A DNA stretch of 34,730 nt from Planctomycetota bacterium. Its GTDB lineage: Bacteria; Planctomycetota; UBA8108; UBA1146. Made by a program: the position numbers and the translations under genes. The notes beneath the pieces are model-generated. The model made no database searches, was not told the DNA's origin, and saw nothing but the letters and a program-made list of their open reading frames with translations. Location: contig JAYZBV010000076.1 of assembly GCA_036338595.1 (NCBI GenBank), positions 1 through 34,730 of the forward strand. The letters run 5' to 3'. Below, in pieces: positions 24,780-34,730 of the stretch. How positions within the stretch are numbered: the first letter of the stretch is position 1; each line of letters starts with the position of its first letter.

Positions 24780-26261
24780 ATGACTACTGATCAAAAAACC
24801 ACTTTCAGGCAGACCAAGATCGTCGCCACTCTGGGGCCAGCCTCCTGTTCCGAGGGTGTGCTCAGGGGAATGTTCGAGGCAGGGCTGGATGTGGTTCGCA
24901 TCAATGCCTCTCACGGTGCCCACGAGGAAGATGAAGCGACCATCCAGCGTGTCCGGGACATCGCCAGAACAGTCGGCAGACCCATCGGGATCCTGTACGA
25001 CCTTCAAGGTCCCAAGATTCGCCTGTCAGATTTTGAGGGTGATCCGATCGCCGTCGCACAGGGAGACGAGATCCGGATCGCTGTTGGCAGGCCGTCCGAG
25101 AAGGGTGAGATCGGCAGCGACTATGAGTTCCTCGACCAGGACCTGTCGGTGGGAGATCCGATCCTGATCGATGATGGAATCATCGCACTGAAGGCGACTG
25201 CCGTCTCGAAAGGCCTGGTGGTAGCGAGGGCAGAAAATGCCGGATTGATCCTTCCTCGAAAGGGAATCAACCTCCCTGGCAGCAGCATCTCGGCACCAGC
25301 AGTGTCCGAAAAAGATCTCGACGACGCATTCTTCGCAGCCTCACTTCATGTGGATTTCATCGCACTATCCTTCGTCAGGAAAGCTGAAGATGTGCTGCAG
25401 TTGCAGGATCTTCTCGCTACCAAAGGAGCTTCTACCCCCATCATCTCGAAAATCGAGAAGCCCAGGGCACTCGAAGATATCTCCAGGATCCTGCAACACT
25501 CCTGGGGAGTGATGGTGGCGCGAGGTGATCTGGGAGTTGAGATTCCTCCCGAGCGGGTTCCCGTCATCCAGAAACAGATCATCGCTGCTGGTATGAAACT
25601 GGGTCGCCCGGTCATCACGGCAACGCAGATGCTCGATAGCATGACCAGGAATCCGCGCCCGACCCGAGCGGAGGCGAGTGACGTCGCCAATGCCGTCCTG
25701 GACGGTACCGATGCCGTGATGCTCTCTGGAGAGACGGCCATCGGGGATTATCCGGTCGAATCAGTGCAGATGATGTCCGATGTGATTCGCTACACCGAGC
25801 AGAATGCTGTTCGTCCGACTTTCAGACGCCGAAGAGAGCATCTTCTCGAAACGACACCGGAGGCGGTCACCGAGGCAGCATGCCAGGTGGCAGATAATGT
25901 CGGAGCCCATGCCCTCTGCGCGTTCACTCAGTCTGGATCCACAGCCCTGCTGGCGGCACGGCTTCGCCCTGAGCACCCGATACTTGCCTTCACCACCAAC
26001 GAGACGGTTCGAGATCGGCTCACCCTCGTCTGGGGGGTACGTCCCTACCAGATCCGACCTGCCCACATGACCGACGAAATGATCGCGGAACTGGACAAGA
26101 CCCTTCAGACCGATGAAGTGGCGTCGGTGGGAGATCTGATCGTATTGCTGATGGGCGCACCGACGCACAAGATGGGCCGTACCAACCTGATGCTGGTCTA
26201 CAGGGTCGGGTCCTGGTCAGGCCTCGAGGGTCCCAGTCACTTTGACGACGAGGACGAATGA
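24780..26261 (+). CDS. pyk: Pyruvate kinase
   Basis: TKIVATLGPAS, RINASHG, DLQGPKIR, KGINLPG, SKIEK, MVARGDLGVE, TATQMLDSM, PTRAEASDVANA. Confidence 0.98.
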   Translation: MTTDQKTTFRQTKIVATLGPASCSEGVLRGMFEAGLDVVRINASHGAHEEDEATIQRVRDIARTVGRPIGILYDLQGPKIRLSDFEGDPIAVAQGDEIRIAVGRPSEKGEIGSDYEFLDQDLSVGDPILIDDGIIALKATAVSKGLVVARAENAGLILPRKGINLPGSSISAPAVSEKDLDDAFFAASLHVDFIALSFVRKAEDVLQLQDLLATKGASTPIISKIEKPRALEDISRILQHSWGVMVARGDLGVEIPPERVPVIQKQIIAAGMKLGRPVITATQMLDSMTRNPRPTRAEASDVANAVLDGTDAVMLSGETAIGDYPVESVQMMSDVIRYTEQNAVRPTFRRRREHLLETTPEAVTEAACQVADNVGAHALCAFTQSGSTALLAARLRPEHPILAFTTNETVRDRLTLVWGVRPYQIRPAHMTDEMIAELDKTLQTDEVASVGDLIVLLMGAPTHKMGRTNLMLVYRVGSWSGLEGPSHFDDEDE

Positions 26262-27085
26262 CCTTCAGGGGTATTCCAGAGTGATCTGAAATCTTCGACG
26301 GTTGCAGGAGCATGACCTGCATAGTGGTTGTTGAAGAACCCGAACACCTCCACCGCAGATTCTCTGAACTGCTTCATCACCGGTATCCAGCGAGCAAGAC
26401 GGTCTCGACGGTCGACGACCTGGCGGTCCCACGTCTGGGTGATTTCGTCGATGGCCTTGTGATCGCCGAGGAATCTGAAATATCCGAAGTCGGTGGTCGG
26501 TCCCGTGACCCTGCGGGGCCATTCCTCAGGTTCAGGCATCCAGGCTTGATCTACCCAGGCCAGCGCCACCCGGTGGGCACTGAGCAACTGCTGCAATTCA
26601 GGGCCAACCCAGTTGCGATTCCTCACCTCCACCACATATCGAGGGCCCTCGGGAATCGTTTCGAGAAACTGATCGAGCAGGTCCAGAAAGGGAGCCGCTG
26701 AATCAAAGGCTTTCTTGTTGAAATAGGGGAACTGCAACAGGAGAGGGCCGAGACGGTCTCCCAGCACCTGCATCGTTTCTACAAACAACTCGATGTCCTG
26801 CTGCGCATCCTGGAGCACCTTGTCATGAGTGATCACCCTCGGAACCTTGGCAGCGAATCGAAACTCCCCGGGCGTCCTCTCCCTCCACCCCTCGACAGTG
26901 CTTCGGGTGGGAATGGCATAGAAGGTGGCATCGATCTCGACGCAGTCAAAAACAGTGGCGTAGTGGCTGATGAAATCTCGAGAAGCGACGCGCTGCGGAT
27001 AAAAAACCCCCTGCCAGCTCTTGTGAGACCAGGAGGAGGTACCTATATGTAGCGAGGAATCCTGCTCGAACAATCGCATCTCCAC
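26237..27085 (-). CDS. DUF72 (YecE-like) protein
   Basis: IGTSSW, VEIDATFY, FAAKVPRVITH, LLQFP, VEVRN, YFRFLG, FFNNHYAGHA. Confidence 0.92.
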   Translation of the reverse strand: MEMRLFEQDSSLHIGTSSWSHKSWQGVFYPQRVASRDFISHYATVFDCVEIDATFYAIPTRSTVEGWRERTPGEFRFAAKVPRVITHDKVLQDAQQDIELFVETMQVLGDRLGPLLLQFPYFNKKAFDSAAPFLDLLDQFLETIPEGPRYVVEVRNRNWVGPELQQLLSAHRVALAWVDQAWMPEPEEWPRRVTGPTTDFGYFRFLGDHKAIDEITQTWDRQVVDRRDRLARWIPVMKQFRESAVEVFGFFNNHYAGHAPATVEDFRSLWNTPEGHSSSSSK

Positions 27086-27114
27086 TCTTGACTGGTTCCC
27101 CTGGAGGATGCGGG

Positions 27115-27522
27115 ATGGAATCCATGATGAACAGCACTGAGGATGCCCGCAAAAAGATTCTTGCGCTGGAGAAGATCCGATTCGTTGAAACCAACTTGAT
27201 CCAGTTCTCTATTCCACTGATCAGAAGGCTCGAGATGGATCTGGAACAACGATTTGGTCAGACCCTCCCTGCCGAGCTACGCGAACTCCTGCTCAGGGGG
27301 GAATCCTGGTGGCAACCGACACGGGTGGGTGTTCGCCACGACGATCCCAGAATCTTTCCCGTCGTTCATCAGGTGAGTGAAGCGATAGAAGAGCAACACG
27401 GATCTCGATGGTCACCAGGCAAGGAGCCGATCGAAGGGGTTTCCTACCTCGACCTCATCGAGCCACTGCGGAAATTGCTCGAACAGAGAACCGATCTGGC
27501 ACAGAGTGCTGGCGTCGACTGA
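27115..27522 (+). CDS. Hypothetical protein
   Basis: GGAGG 7 nt before ATG 27115; ORF fills the gap between the flanking genes; LEQRFGQTLPAELRELL segment. Confidence 0.7.
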   Translation: MESMMNSTEDARKKILALEKIRFVETNLIQFSIPLIRRLEMDLEQRFGQTLPAELRELLLRGESWWQPTRVGVRHDDPRIFPVVHQVSEAIEEQHGSRWSPGKEPIEGVSYLDLIEPLRKLLEQRTDLAQSAGVD

Positions 27523-27537
27523 TCTGCTGTCGATTTT

Positions 27538-29547
27538 CTAGGTGGACGACTGATAGGCGACAATATGTCCGGCCAGCGCACTGGCCGCGACCGTCAGAGG
27601 ACTGGCGAGGTAGACCTGTCCAGGCCCCGATCGACCGGGGAAATTCCGATTGACGGCGCTGATACTGACCTGTTCTGGAGTTCGGCTGACACCAGGCCCC
27701 GCATTGATACACGCACCACACGACGGCTCGATCACCTGCGCTCCCGCATCCTCGAAGATCTTCAGGTAACCCTGCTGCTCGCAGTATTCCCTCACCTCCT
27801 GAGATCCGAACTGAATCCAGAACTCGACGCCTTCAGCGACATGCAGCCCCTGACTCAACCCATCTCGGAGCACCTCTGCGTACATATCCATGTCTTCTTT
27901 TTTTCCTGCAGTGCAGGAGCCACCATACGCGATGTCGATATCGACCCTCTGCTCGAGGAGAGAGATCTCCACACCATTTCCTGGATCTCCCGGAAGCGCC
28001 ACGAGCGGTTCGAGAGATGCGACGTCGATGACGATCTCATGGCAGTAGGCTGAACCTTCGTCACTGAATAAACCCTCGCAGTAGGACCTGGCCACATCGG
28101 GATCGATTCCCCGTTCAGCGACCAGGAACTCGACCGTCTTCTCGTCGGGAGCGACGATGCCGCTGAAGGCTCCCACTTCTGCAGCCATGTTGGTCATCGT
28201 CGCTCTCTCATCGATGGAAAGCGCTTCTACCGCAGGTCCGCAATACTCGACCATCTTTGCGATCGCATGTCCCTCAGCGACATAGGGAGTCCTGAGAATG
28301 GCCAGCATCATGTCCTTGGCAGTGATTCCCGAGGGGCGCTCTCCACGCACCACTATCTTTACCGTCTCCGGCACCATGGAATAAACGTCCTGGGTGATCC
28401 AGGAGTTGAAAATGGCGGTGGTGCCGACTCCGAAGGCGACACAGCCAATGGCTCCCGAATGCGGAGTATGAGAGTCGCTTCCGATGATCAACTGACCAGG
28501 TAGAGCGTAATCTTGCAGTATTTTCGAGTGGCAGATGGCCTCGGAGCCACCGCGGTCGGTCTCTCCATGAAGAGTGATCCCGTAGTCACGGGCGAACTCC
28601 TCCTGCTTTATCTTCAATTGCTCCGCTGTCTCGAGCAAACCCATCTTCCGTCGCTGAGGCGTGATCGCCTGCTCCAGAAAAGTCAGATGGTCACGAAAAA
28701 AGATGATCGAATCGGGATCGGTCAGCGGTTCACCTTTACCAACTTTTTCCTCGAACAAGTTGGCAGCCATCGGAGTGACATATTCGTGACTGAATCGAAG
28801 ATCGGTCCGAAAAAATCCTGCATCTCCCACCCTGGAACTTTCACTGCCGACCTCTCCCGTGGACGAATCCAGGATGCGACTGCGAGCAAATATCTTCTGG
28901 GTGATGGATTGCGGACCATCGGCGAGTTGTGGTCCGGGGAGGTCTACCCTGCCCTGGAGTCTTGCCAGGTTGAACTCGAACAAGCCACCCCACTCGATGA
29001 TCTGACTGGAAACCGGATCCTGACCGTTCGTGAACTCCGAGAGCGGTACCGACTCACCCTCGACGAGGCGCTTCAGGATCGTGAGGTCGGTGGAGGTCAG
29101 CAAACCAAGATTGATGCAGTTCTGCTCGTAGATCCGCTCAATATTCTCGGCGAAGACCAGTTTGATCCCCGCACACAGTTCAGCATAAGGGGAGGCCTCT
29201 CTGCTCGACCCCTTGCCACGCCTCTTGCCACTGACCGAGGCACCAAACCCTGCATCTTTGATCGAATTGCGGGAAACCGGGAACTCTCCCCCCGCCGAGA
29301 AGCCGACATAGGGAAACTCACCGAGGGTCTCATCGTGGTAGTAACAGACATAGGCAGGAGTGATCTCGTCCGTGGAGATGTTGTCCCGGTATGGAATCGA
29401 GTGATCCAGTGGAATGTCTTCACCAGCTAATTGTCGGGTGATCTCTCCCGCGTCATCGACGAGGTGCAAGACTCTGCCCACCAGACGAACCTCTTCCGGT
29501 CGCCTGCTAACTTCCCTTTGCTGTAGACGTCCGATCAACTCTGACAT
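27538..29547 (-). CDS. Aconitase-family dehydratase, fused LeuD-like (N-terminal) + LeuC-like (C-terminal)
   Basis: DNISTDEITP, GKGSSRE, RIYEQNCINLG; then DH, ICH, GSDSHT, ERATMTNM, GSCT, PSCGAC, NRNFPGR, LASP. Confidence 0.9.
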   Translation of the reverse strand: MSELIGRLQQREVSRRPEEVRLVGRVLHLVDDAGEITRQLAGEDIPLDHSIPYRDNISTDEITPAYVCYYHDETLGEFPYVGFSAGGEFPVSRNSIKDAGFGASVSGKRRGKGSSREASPYAELCAGIKLVFAENIERIYEQNCINLGLLTSTDLTILKRLVEGESVPLSEFTNGQDPVSSQIIEWGGLFEFNLARLQGRVDLPGPQLADGPQSITQKIFARSRILDSSTGEVGSESSRVGDAGFFRTDLRFSHEYVTPMAANLFEEKVGKGEPLTDPDSIIFFRDHLTFLEQAITPQRRKMGLLETAEQLKIKQEEFARDYGITLHGETDRGGSEAICHSKILQDYALPGQLIIGSDSHTPHSGAIGCVAFGVGTTAIFNSWITQDVYSMVPETVKIVVRGERPSGITAKDMMLAILRTPYVAEGHAIAKMVEYCGPAVEALSIDERATMTNMAAEVGAFSGIVAPDEKTVEFLVAERGIDPDVARSYCEGLFSDEGSAYCHEIVIDVASLEPLVALPGDPGNGVEISLLEQRVDIDIAYGGSCTAGKKEDMDMYAEVLRDGLSQGLHVAEGVEFWIQFGSQEVREYCEQQGYLKIFEDAGAQVIEPSCGACINAGPGVSRTPEQVSISAVNRNFPGRSGPGQVYLASPLTVAASALAGHIVAYQSST

Positions 29548-29624
29548 TCATCACTCCACGGGTTCAGCTGGTGAAAATGAGATCCCTCGCGGTGGGTGCA
29601 TTATTCACCCTAGTGCCTATCCGT

Positions 29625-30689
29625 TCAACTCGCGTCGCCCCGAACCTCCCTGAATCTGGGGAGTATCTGCTTCTGAATCACCTTGCGCCGGGTGGAGTGC
29701 TCGCAAAAGGCACCCTTCATCGAGTTGACGGCGATGCGCTCAAGATCGTCGAGGCCGAGCCCGAACAGGTCAATTGCCAGTTGCCACTCCCTGGTGAGTG
29801 TGGTGGCAGACATCAGCATGTTGTCAACATTGAGGCCTACTCGATACCCCTCGCGGAGATAACGAGGAAAGGGATGGTCCTTCAACGCCGAGACTGCCCC
29901 TGTATGGAGATTGGATGAAAGGCACATCTCCAGTGGAATCCGGTGGTCAAGGATGTACTCGCCAAGAGTACCTCTATGCGCGCCCGGCACCGTATCGTCC
30001 TCTACCAACCTCGTGGCATGGCCGATGCGATGGGCTCCACAGTGTTGAATAGCCTGCCAGATCGAGGAGAGTCCAAACGCCTCCCCAGCGTGAATGGTGA
30101 TGTTGAAATTGCTCCTGCGGAGGAACTGAAACGCGTCATTGTGATGAGCAGGTGGGTGTCCAGATTCGTCTCCAGCGAGATCATAGCCGACCACACCTTT
30201 GTCTCTGAACTTGACAGCGACCTCTGCGGATCGAAGCGAAATTTCAGGATCCATGTGCCTGAGTGAGCAGACGATGATGCGGACATCGATTCCGGTTGCC
30301 GAACACCCGGATGCAATCCCTTCAAGTACCGCCTCCAGTACCGCTTCTGGACCCAGATCCTTCTCGGTGTGAAGCACCGGAGCGAAGCGAACCTCCCCAT
30401 AAATCACACCATCTGCAGCGAGACTCTCGACATGCTCCTTCGCTACCCGCACCAACGCATCCTGGTCCTGCATGACGGAAGTTGTGACGGCAAACCCCTC
30501 CAGATATCTGGGCAAGCTGCCCTGATCGGCACCGCGAAAGAACCACTTTCCCAGTTGATCGGGATCTGATGAAGGGAGTTCGATCCCCCTCTCCATCGCC
30601 AGTTCTATGATCGTTGACGGGAGCAGCCCCCCATCGAGGTGATCGTGGAGTTGTACCTTTGGCAGTTCACTGATTGAAATGGTCATCAC
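29625..30689 (-). CDS. add: Adenosine deaminase
   Basis: LPKVQLHDHLDG, YGEVRFAP, DLAGDE, TIHAGE, RIGHA, EMCLSSN, NVDN. Confidence 0.95.
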   Translation of the reverse strand: MMTISISELPKVQLHDHLDGGLLPSTIIELAMERGIELPSSDPDQLGKWFFRGADQGSLPRYLEGFAVTTSVMQDQDALVRVAKEHVESLAADGVIYGEVRFAPVLHTEKDLGPEAVLEAVLEGIASGCSATGIDVRIIVCSLRHMDPEISLRSAEVAVKFRDKGVVGYDLAGDESGHPPAHHNDAFQFLRRSNFNITIHAGEAFGLSSIWQAIQHCGAHRIGHATRLVEDDTVPGAHRGTLGEYILDHRIPLEMCLSSNLHTGAVSALKDHPFPRYLREGYRVGLNVDNMLMSATTLTREWQLAIDLFGLGLDDLERIAVNSMKGAFCEHSTRRKVIQKQILPRFREVRGDAS

Positions 30690-30748
30690 GAGTTCCTTGT
30701 CTTCATCGACGTCTGATCATCCTGAATTTCTGAACATCCCGGGCTGTA

Positions 30749-32455
30749 TCAATCTCCGCCAGAGTCACCGACTCCTGCAGCATCTCCAGAGTCGATTCCT
30801 GGAAAAACGACTGCAGCATCTTTTCCTGAACTTCGCCCCTCGCTCAGTAACAGACTGCGGGTGGTGATATCGATCATCTCCCGGGCTTCTGGCGTAAGAG
30901 TCTCCCAGATTCGACGCTTGACCGACAGGGGTGCTGCGGCACTCGGGGTTCTCAGGGCTCTGGCGATGGCACCTCGGGGGATCTCCGCTGACCGGCTGCC
31001 AAACAGATCCAGCTCCAGCTGACTCGCAAGTAGCCTTCCCCTGGATGCCTCCACCTCGGTGCCGCCCCCACCGCCTGCTACCAGCGCACGACCATGGATT
31101 CCGACCAGTAGCGACCTCTTCTCCCGGTCTCCATCATCCGCATCCAGCGTATCCAGTACCAGCGACTTCACCACATCGACCAGATCATCGGATTGCGGTC
31201 TCGGCTCCGATCGAGCCAGCACATCTCTCCGTTGCAGCAGTTGCCGCGCCAGTTCGTCCTCTCCCTGCAACCAGGAGGTGACCACAGCAGCCGAAACGAT
31301 TTCGAGTACGCGAGGCAGTAGTTCGGCTGCAATGCCCTGGCCATCGGTGAGAAGTAGCAGTGCTCTCTCATATGCAGGCAAGATGCCTGGCTGCGGCAGT
31401 GTCGTGACCAACCGATCGTCATCGCCCAGTAGTACACGACCGTGGGCAACCAGTTGTTGCAAACCGATCCGAACATCGATGGCCGTCAACACTTCATCGA
31501 TATTGTCAGAATTGAGTCCTGTCGAGAGATCATCCGAACCGGCACGAAGAGCACCCTGTGCACCCCAGTAAATTGCGTGCGCTGCCGCAGTTCTCCAGTC
31601 GACGGGACCCAGTTCTTCACCCAGCCTTGCCATCAGATCCGGTGACATGTTCAACTCATCTTCGATCAGCCTGCGCCTGAGAAAATCCTCGACAGCCTGT
31701 ACTCCCTCTGCTTCGAGTGAAGGGAATTTTGAAGCCACCCCGCTGCTCAATGCCATCTCTGGATCACGAGCAGCCTGTCCGAGGCGATCGATCAGGTCGG
31801 AATCGGTGGCGAGCCCCATCGACAACTCCCTGACCTGATCGGGAGATCCGGCAACTCGGTCGAGAACTTCAAAGTAACGGGATGCATCTCGCCCAGGCGG
31901 ATGGCCAAGAATGGTCTGCCAGCGCTGGCACAGACGCTTCTGGTAGTACGGGGCAGCTTCGTCCTGAAACTCGCCGATCTTGAACCAGAACAGATATGAA
32001 AGTTGCCTGTGAATTTCCTGGCTGTGAGGATTGGCCCGCAGCCCCGGCCCGCGAAGCAGGTCGATCGCCTCACGGACCCAGGTCCAGCGCTGTTGGGGAT
32101 CACGACTATCGAGTGCCATCTCGAACGCCAACATCCAGGCCTGGAAGTTCCACACCCGGGGGAAATAGGGTTGCAACTTGGTGATCCAGTGCGCCAGTTC
32201 CATCGACTCGTGTAACAACCCCTGATCTCTGCGCTCCAGCGCACGCAACCAGAGGGCATCGATGGCCCACCCCCTGAATGCACCCAGTGTTTGTTGCATC
32301 AACAGGACATCCGCAGGAACTCCGGTTGCACTGGACACGGGCAAGGCGATGCCATCTTTCTCGAGCCCTCGATCGAGCGGAATCGTGGTCAGCGCTGCAG
32401 CGCTGATCAGAATGGATGCCAGCAGCAGCGGGATCGCCTCGGATCGCTGAATCAT
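30749..32455 (-). CDS. Membrane-anchored helical protein of the PVC-type family found beside ABC-2 permeases
   Basis: N-terminal TM segment; LGAFRG...LW, ITKLQPYFPRVWNFQAW, RWTWV, NP, KIG, VDWR..AAHAIYW; ATGA overlap with the permease. Confidence 0.75.
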   Translation of the reverse strand: MIQRSEAIPLLLASILISAAALTTIPLDRGLEKDGIALPVSSATGVPADVLLMQQTLGAFRGWAIDALWLRALERRDQGLLHESMELAHWITKLQPYFPRVWNFQAWMLAFEMALDSRDPQQRWTWVREAIDLLRGPGLRANPHSQEIHRQLSYLFWFKIGEFQDEAAPYYQKRLCQRWQTILGHPPGRDASRYFEVLDRVAGSPDQVRELSMGLATDSDLIDRLGQAARDPEMALSSGVASKFPSLEAEGVQAVEDFLRRRLIEDELNMSPDLMARLGEELGPVDWRTAAAHAIYWGAQGALRAGSDDLSTGLNSDNIDEVLTAIDVRIGLQQLVAHGRVLLGDDDRLVTTLPQPGILPAYERALLLLTDGQGIAAELLPRVLEIVSAAVVTSWLQGEDELARQLLQRRDVLARSEPRPQSDDLVDVVKSLVLDTLDADDGDREKRSLLVGIHGRALVAGGGGGTEVEASRGRLLASQLELDLFGSRSAEIPRGAIARALRTPSAAAPLSVKRRIWETLTPEAREMIDITTRSLLLSEGRSSGKDAAVVFPGIDSGDAAGVGDSGGD

Positions 32456-33876
32456 CGGTCAGCCCCCAGTCCATGCTCCTTGCGAGCACTGATCCAGAGC
32501 CCGACCAACATCGTGACGCCTGCCCAGAGCAACCCGATCTGAACAAACCCCGACAGCACCTCGCTGATGGTCACCGCTTCACCTGCGGCGACGCGGCCAC
32601 CGGTGACATGCTGATTCCAGGTCGCCAGTTGGCTGACAATCCAATCGCCACCCTCGGCGAGTGTATCGAGCACGATGCGAGTGGGATCGCCATGTCCATG
32701 ATCGTGGTGAGCAACCTTGTTCGACCCCTCGAAGGCTCCCGAGAATCCACCACCTGCCGCTGCGATGAGAAAACAGAACACGAACAGTGTCGCCACCGGC
32801 AGGCCGAGAAAAGTAGACACAGTCAACCCCAGCGCGGCGATGAACCCACAACGGATCCACAGCAATATCTGGGACCGGATCAAGGTAGCCAGATGAGTTC
32901 CATCCGGAACGCGAAGTTGGATCGCATCGGCGCCGCTCCAGATCACAGAGGGGATGCGAACATCCTCATCGACGGCGCCGAGAAACTCCATCGAGATGAC
33001 GATCTCCTGCTCACCGTCGAGGGCTTCTGGCAAGGATATCCGGGATCTCAACCCGTTGCGGATCAGGATCTCCTGCGAGGTGGCTCCCACGTGAACTCTC
33101 ATGCGAGCCCGCTGGGATCGATGCGCCCTTCCCATCGATGGTCGAAACGCCAGTTCGGTCCCTTTGCTCAGCCCTGGCGAATAGTTGAAGTGGTAATCGG
33201 AACGACCGCCCATGAGCACACTGCGAGACAGCCTTTCGAGCCGCGAGTGTGCCGCTCGAATCGCTTCTTCATGATCGAGGCGACCCCAGCCAGCAGGATC
33301 TTCCAGCTGCTGAAACGCCAGGTATTGCTCGACCTCTTCCGGTGTCACATGCAGTTGCTCTGGCTTCACCAGCGAAACCGCAGGAGAGTCCAGCAACACC
33401 GTGGCACTACCGGAGACCTGCCCCGAAATCAGCACCAGCATCAAGGTAGCGGGAAGCAACATCGAAAAGCATGCGGCCAGCAACCCCAGCCACTTACCCG
33501 GTAACACCGACCACCTTGCCCCTGGCGATACGACCAGAAACCGCATTCTGCCCGTCACGATCTCATCGCATAGACTTCCGCAAGCCATCAGTGATGTCAG
33601 CAGGATCAAGACGATGGAAATCCACAGCTGGCCATAATCGAGCACGATCTGAAGACTGGCAGCCGCATCGGAGTTGTCCTCCACTAGCAGCGGCAAGAGT
33701 GCCAGTCCGGCGAAGAGAATCATGCCTCCTACGGGCAAAATTCCACGGCGCCACCCCTCAGCCAGCAACGTACGAGCGATGGCGAAGATCGAACCTTCCT
33801 GCCATCTGGTTCTCTGAAGTGCCAAGACCACAACTGCCATCAAGATCCAGGCCAGGATTGCCATCAGCAACGGCAT
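32452..33876 (-). CDS. ABC-2 type permease with a large extracytoplasmic loop
   Basis: Multiple TM helices, IARTLLAE..R, DEIVTG...GKWLG, C-terminal ARKE; coupled to the ATPase gene. Confidence 0.82.
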   Translation of the reverse strand: MPLLMAILAWILMAVVVLALQRTRWQEGSIFAIARTLLAEGWRRGILPVGGMILFAGLALLPLLVEDNSDAAASLQIVLDYGQLWISIVLILLTSLMACGSLCDEIVTGRMRFLVVSPGARWSVLPGKWLGLLAACFSMLLPATLMLVLISGQVSGSATVLLDSPAVSLVKPEQLHVTPEEVEQYLAFQQLEDPAGWGRLDHEEAIRAAHSRLERLSRSVLMGGRSDYHFNYSPGLSKGTELAFRPSMGRAHRSQRARMRVHVGATSQEILIRNGLRSRISLPEALDGEQEIVISMEFLGAVDEDVRIPSVIWSGADAIQLRVPDGTHLATLIRSQILLWIRCGFIAALGLTVSTFLGLPVATLFVFCFLIAAAGGGFSGAFEGSNKVAHHDHGHGDPTRIVLDTLAEGGDWIVSQLATWNQHVTGGRVAAGEAVTISEVLSGFVQIGLLWAGVTMLVGLWISARKEHGLGADR

Positions 33877-34730
33877 CAGGGGGTCCCCCCATGGCCACCC
33901 AGGAAGGGGGGAAGTTGGCCACCCGTTCCAGCACCGGAGGTCGTCTCTCCGCTATCGCGAGCCTCTTCCACCGTTTCCAGAAATTTCTCCTCCAGGCTCC
34001 TGGATCCTGGTCCGACCGAGATCACCTCTACCCCTGCTTCCTCGATGCTCTGACGAACAGTGGCGAGTACCGTCTCGTCCGGGCGTGATGTGGTCCACAA
34101 GGTGCGATCATCTCTGGCCAGGATCTCCTCGATCGACCCGGAGGACTGAACCTTGCCTCCGTACAGGATGGAGACACGATCACAAACCTGTTCCACGTCA
34201 GCCAGAAGGTGACTGCTGATGAGCACAGTTTTTCCCAGTTTCCGGAGACTGATGATCCAGTCCTTCACCTGCCTGACCCCGAGGGGATCGAGTCCATTGG
34301 TGGGCTCGTCGAGAATCAGCACCTCGGGATCGTGGATCAGCGCCTGTGCGATTCCGATGCGGCGCTGCATCCCCTTGGAGTAATCGCCGATCTCCCGGTG
34401 AGCTGCGTCTTGCAGCCCGACCATCTCGAGCAAGTCAGAGATCCTCCCCTTTCGCTCCCTGGCAGGTACTCGGCACAGACTCGCAGAAAGGTCCAGCATC
34501 TCGGCACCGGTGAGGAAGGGATAGAACACCGAATCCTCGGGAAGATAGCCGATGCGATTCTTACTCTGGGGAGTTCCGGGGGGAGTTCCCAGCACCGAGA
34601 CGGTGCCAGCACTCGGGAACAGCAATCCAAGCAAGATCTGGATGGTCGTCGACTTGCCCGATCCATTCGGACCCAGCAAGCCATACACCTCGCCCGAATG
34701 GATGCTGAGGTCGATACCCCGCAGAGCCTC
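33876..34730 (-). CDS. ABC transporter ATP-binding protein (5' end outside the window)
   Basis: Frame open to the edge (EALRGIDL); GPNGSGKST, YSKGM signature, ILDEPT, SSH. Confidence 0.95.
   Translation of the reverse strand, partial: EALRGIDLSIHSGEVYGLLGPNGSGKSTTIQILLGLLFPSAGTVSVLGTPPGTPQSKNRIGYLPEDSVFYPFLTGAEMLDLSASLCRVPARERKGRISDLLEMVGLQDAAHREIGDYSKGMQRRIGIAQALIHDPEVLILDEPTNGLDPLGVRQVKDWIISLRKLGKTVLISSHLLADVEQVCDRVSILYGGKVQSSGSIEEILARDDRTLWTTSRPDETVLATVRQSIEEAGVEVISVGPGSRSLEEKFLETVEEARDSGETTSGAGTGGQLPPFLGGHGGTP

Noticed and set aside
28513..29430. 305-aa + strand ORF
   Set aside because: Antisense shadow of the aconitase-family gene
32416..33504. 362-aa + strand ORF
   Set aside because: Antisense shadow of the ABC permease; no motifs

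Overview
Gene-dense, GC-rich bacterial chromosomal segment with about 33 CDSs and no rRNA, tRNA, CRISPR array or mobile element that I can recognise. A planctomycete-type dockerin protein and a PVC-type ABC accessory protein suggest an uncultured Planctomycetota/PVC organism (inference). Content: inositol-3-phosphate synthase; a candidate ~70-nt sRNA with its own consensus promoter and terminator; a thioredoxin lacking CxxC; Mrp/ApbC; a long minus-strand cluster mixing LPS genes (lpxK, hldE, waaF-like) with two PilT ATPases (one with an N-terminal MshEN-like domain), a stand-alone MshEN-like protein, and two translationally coupled, apparently catalytically dead enzyme homologues (FGGY kinase-like and ADP-ribosylglycohydrolase-like); further envelope genes (waaC-like, DUF374, lpxL-like); an IscA-type carrier; tdh-kbl-hisS-hydrolase-E1alpha; a secreted cohesin/FnIII/dockerin-like protein; pyk; DUF72; a permuted LeuD-LeuC fusion dehydratase; adenosine deaminase; and an ABC-2 system truncated at the window edge. 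The best leads are the sRNA and the pseudoenzyme pair / MshEN / PilT module. All calls come from motif recognition by eye; no searches were run. Several starts were moved from the ORF track to SD-supported or coupled codons.
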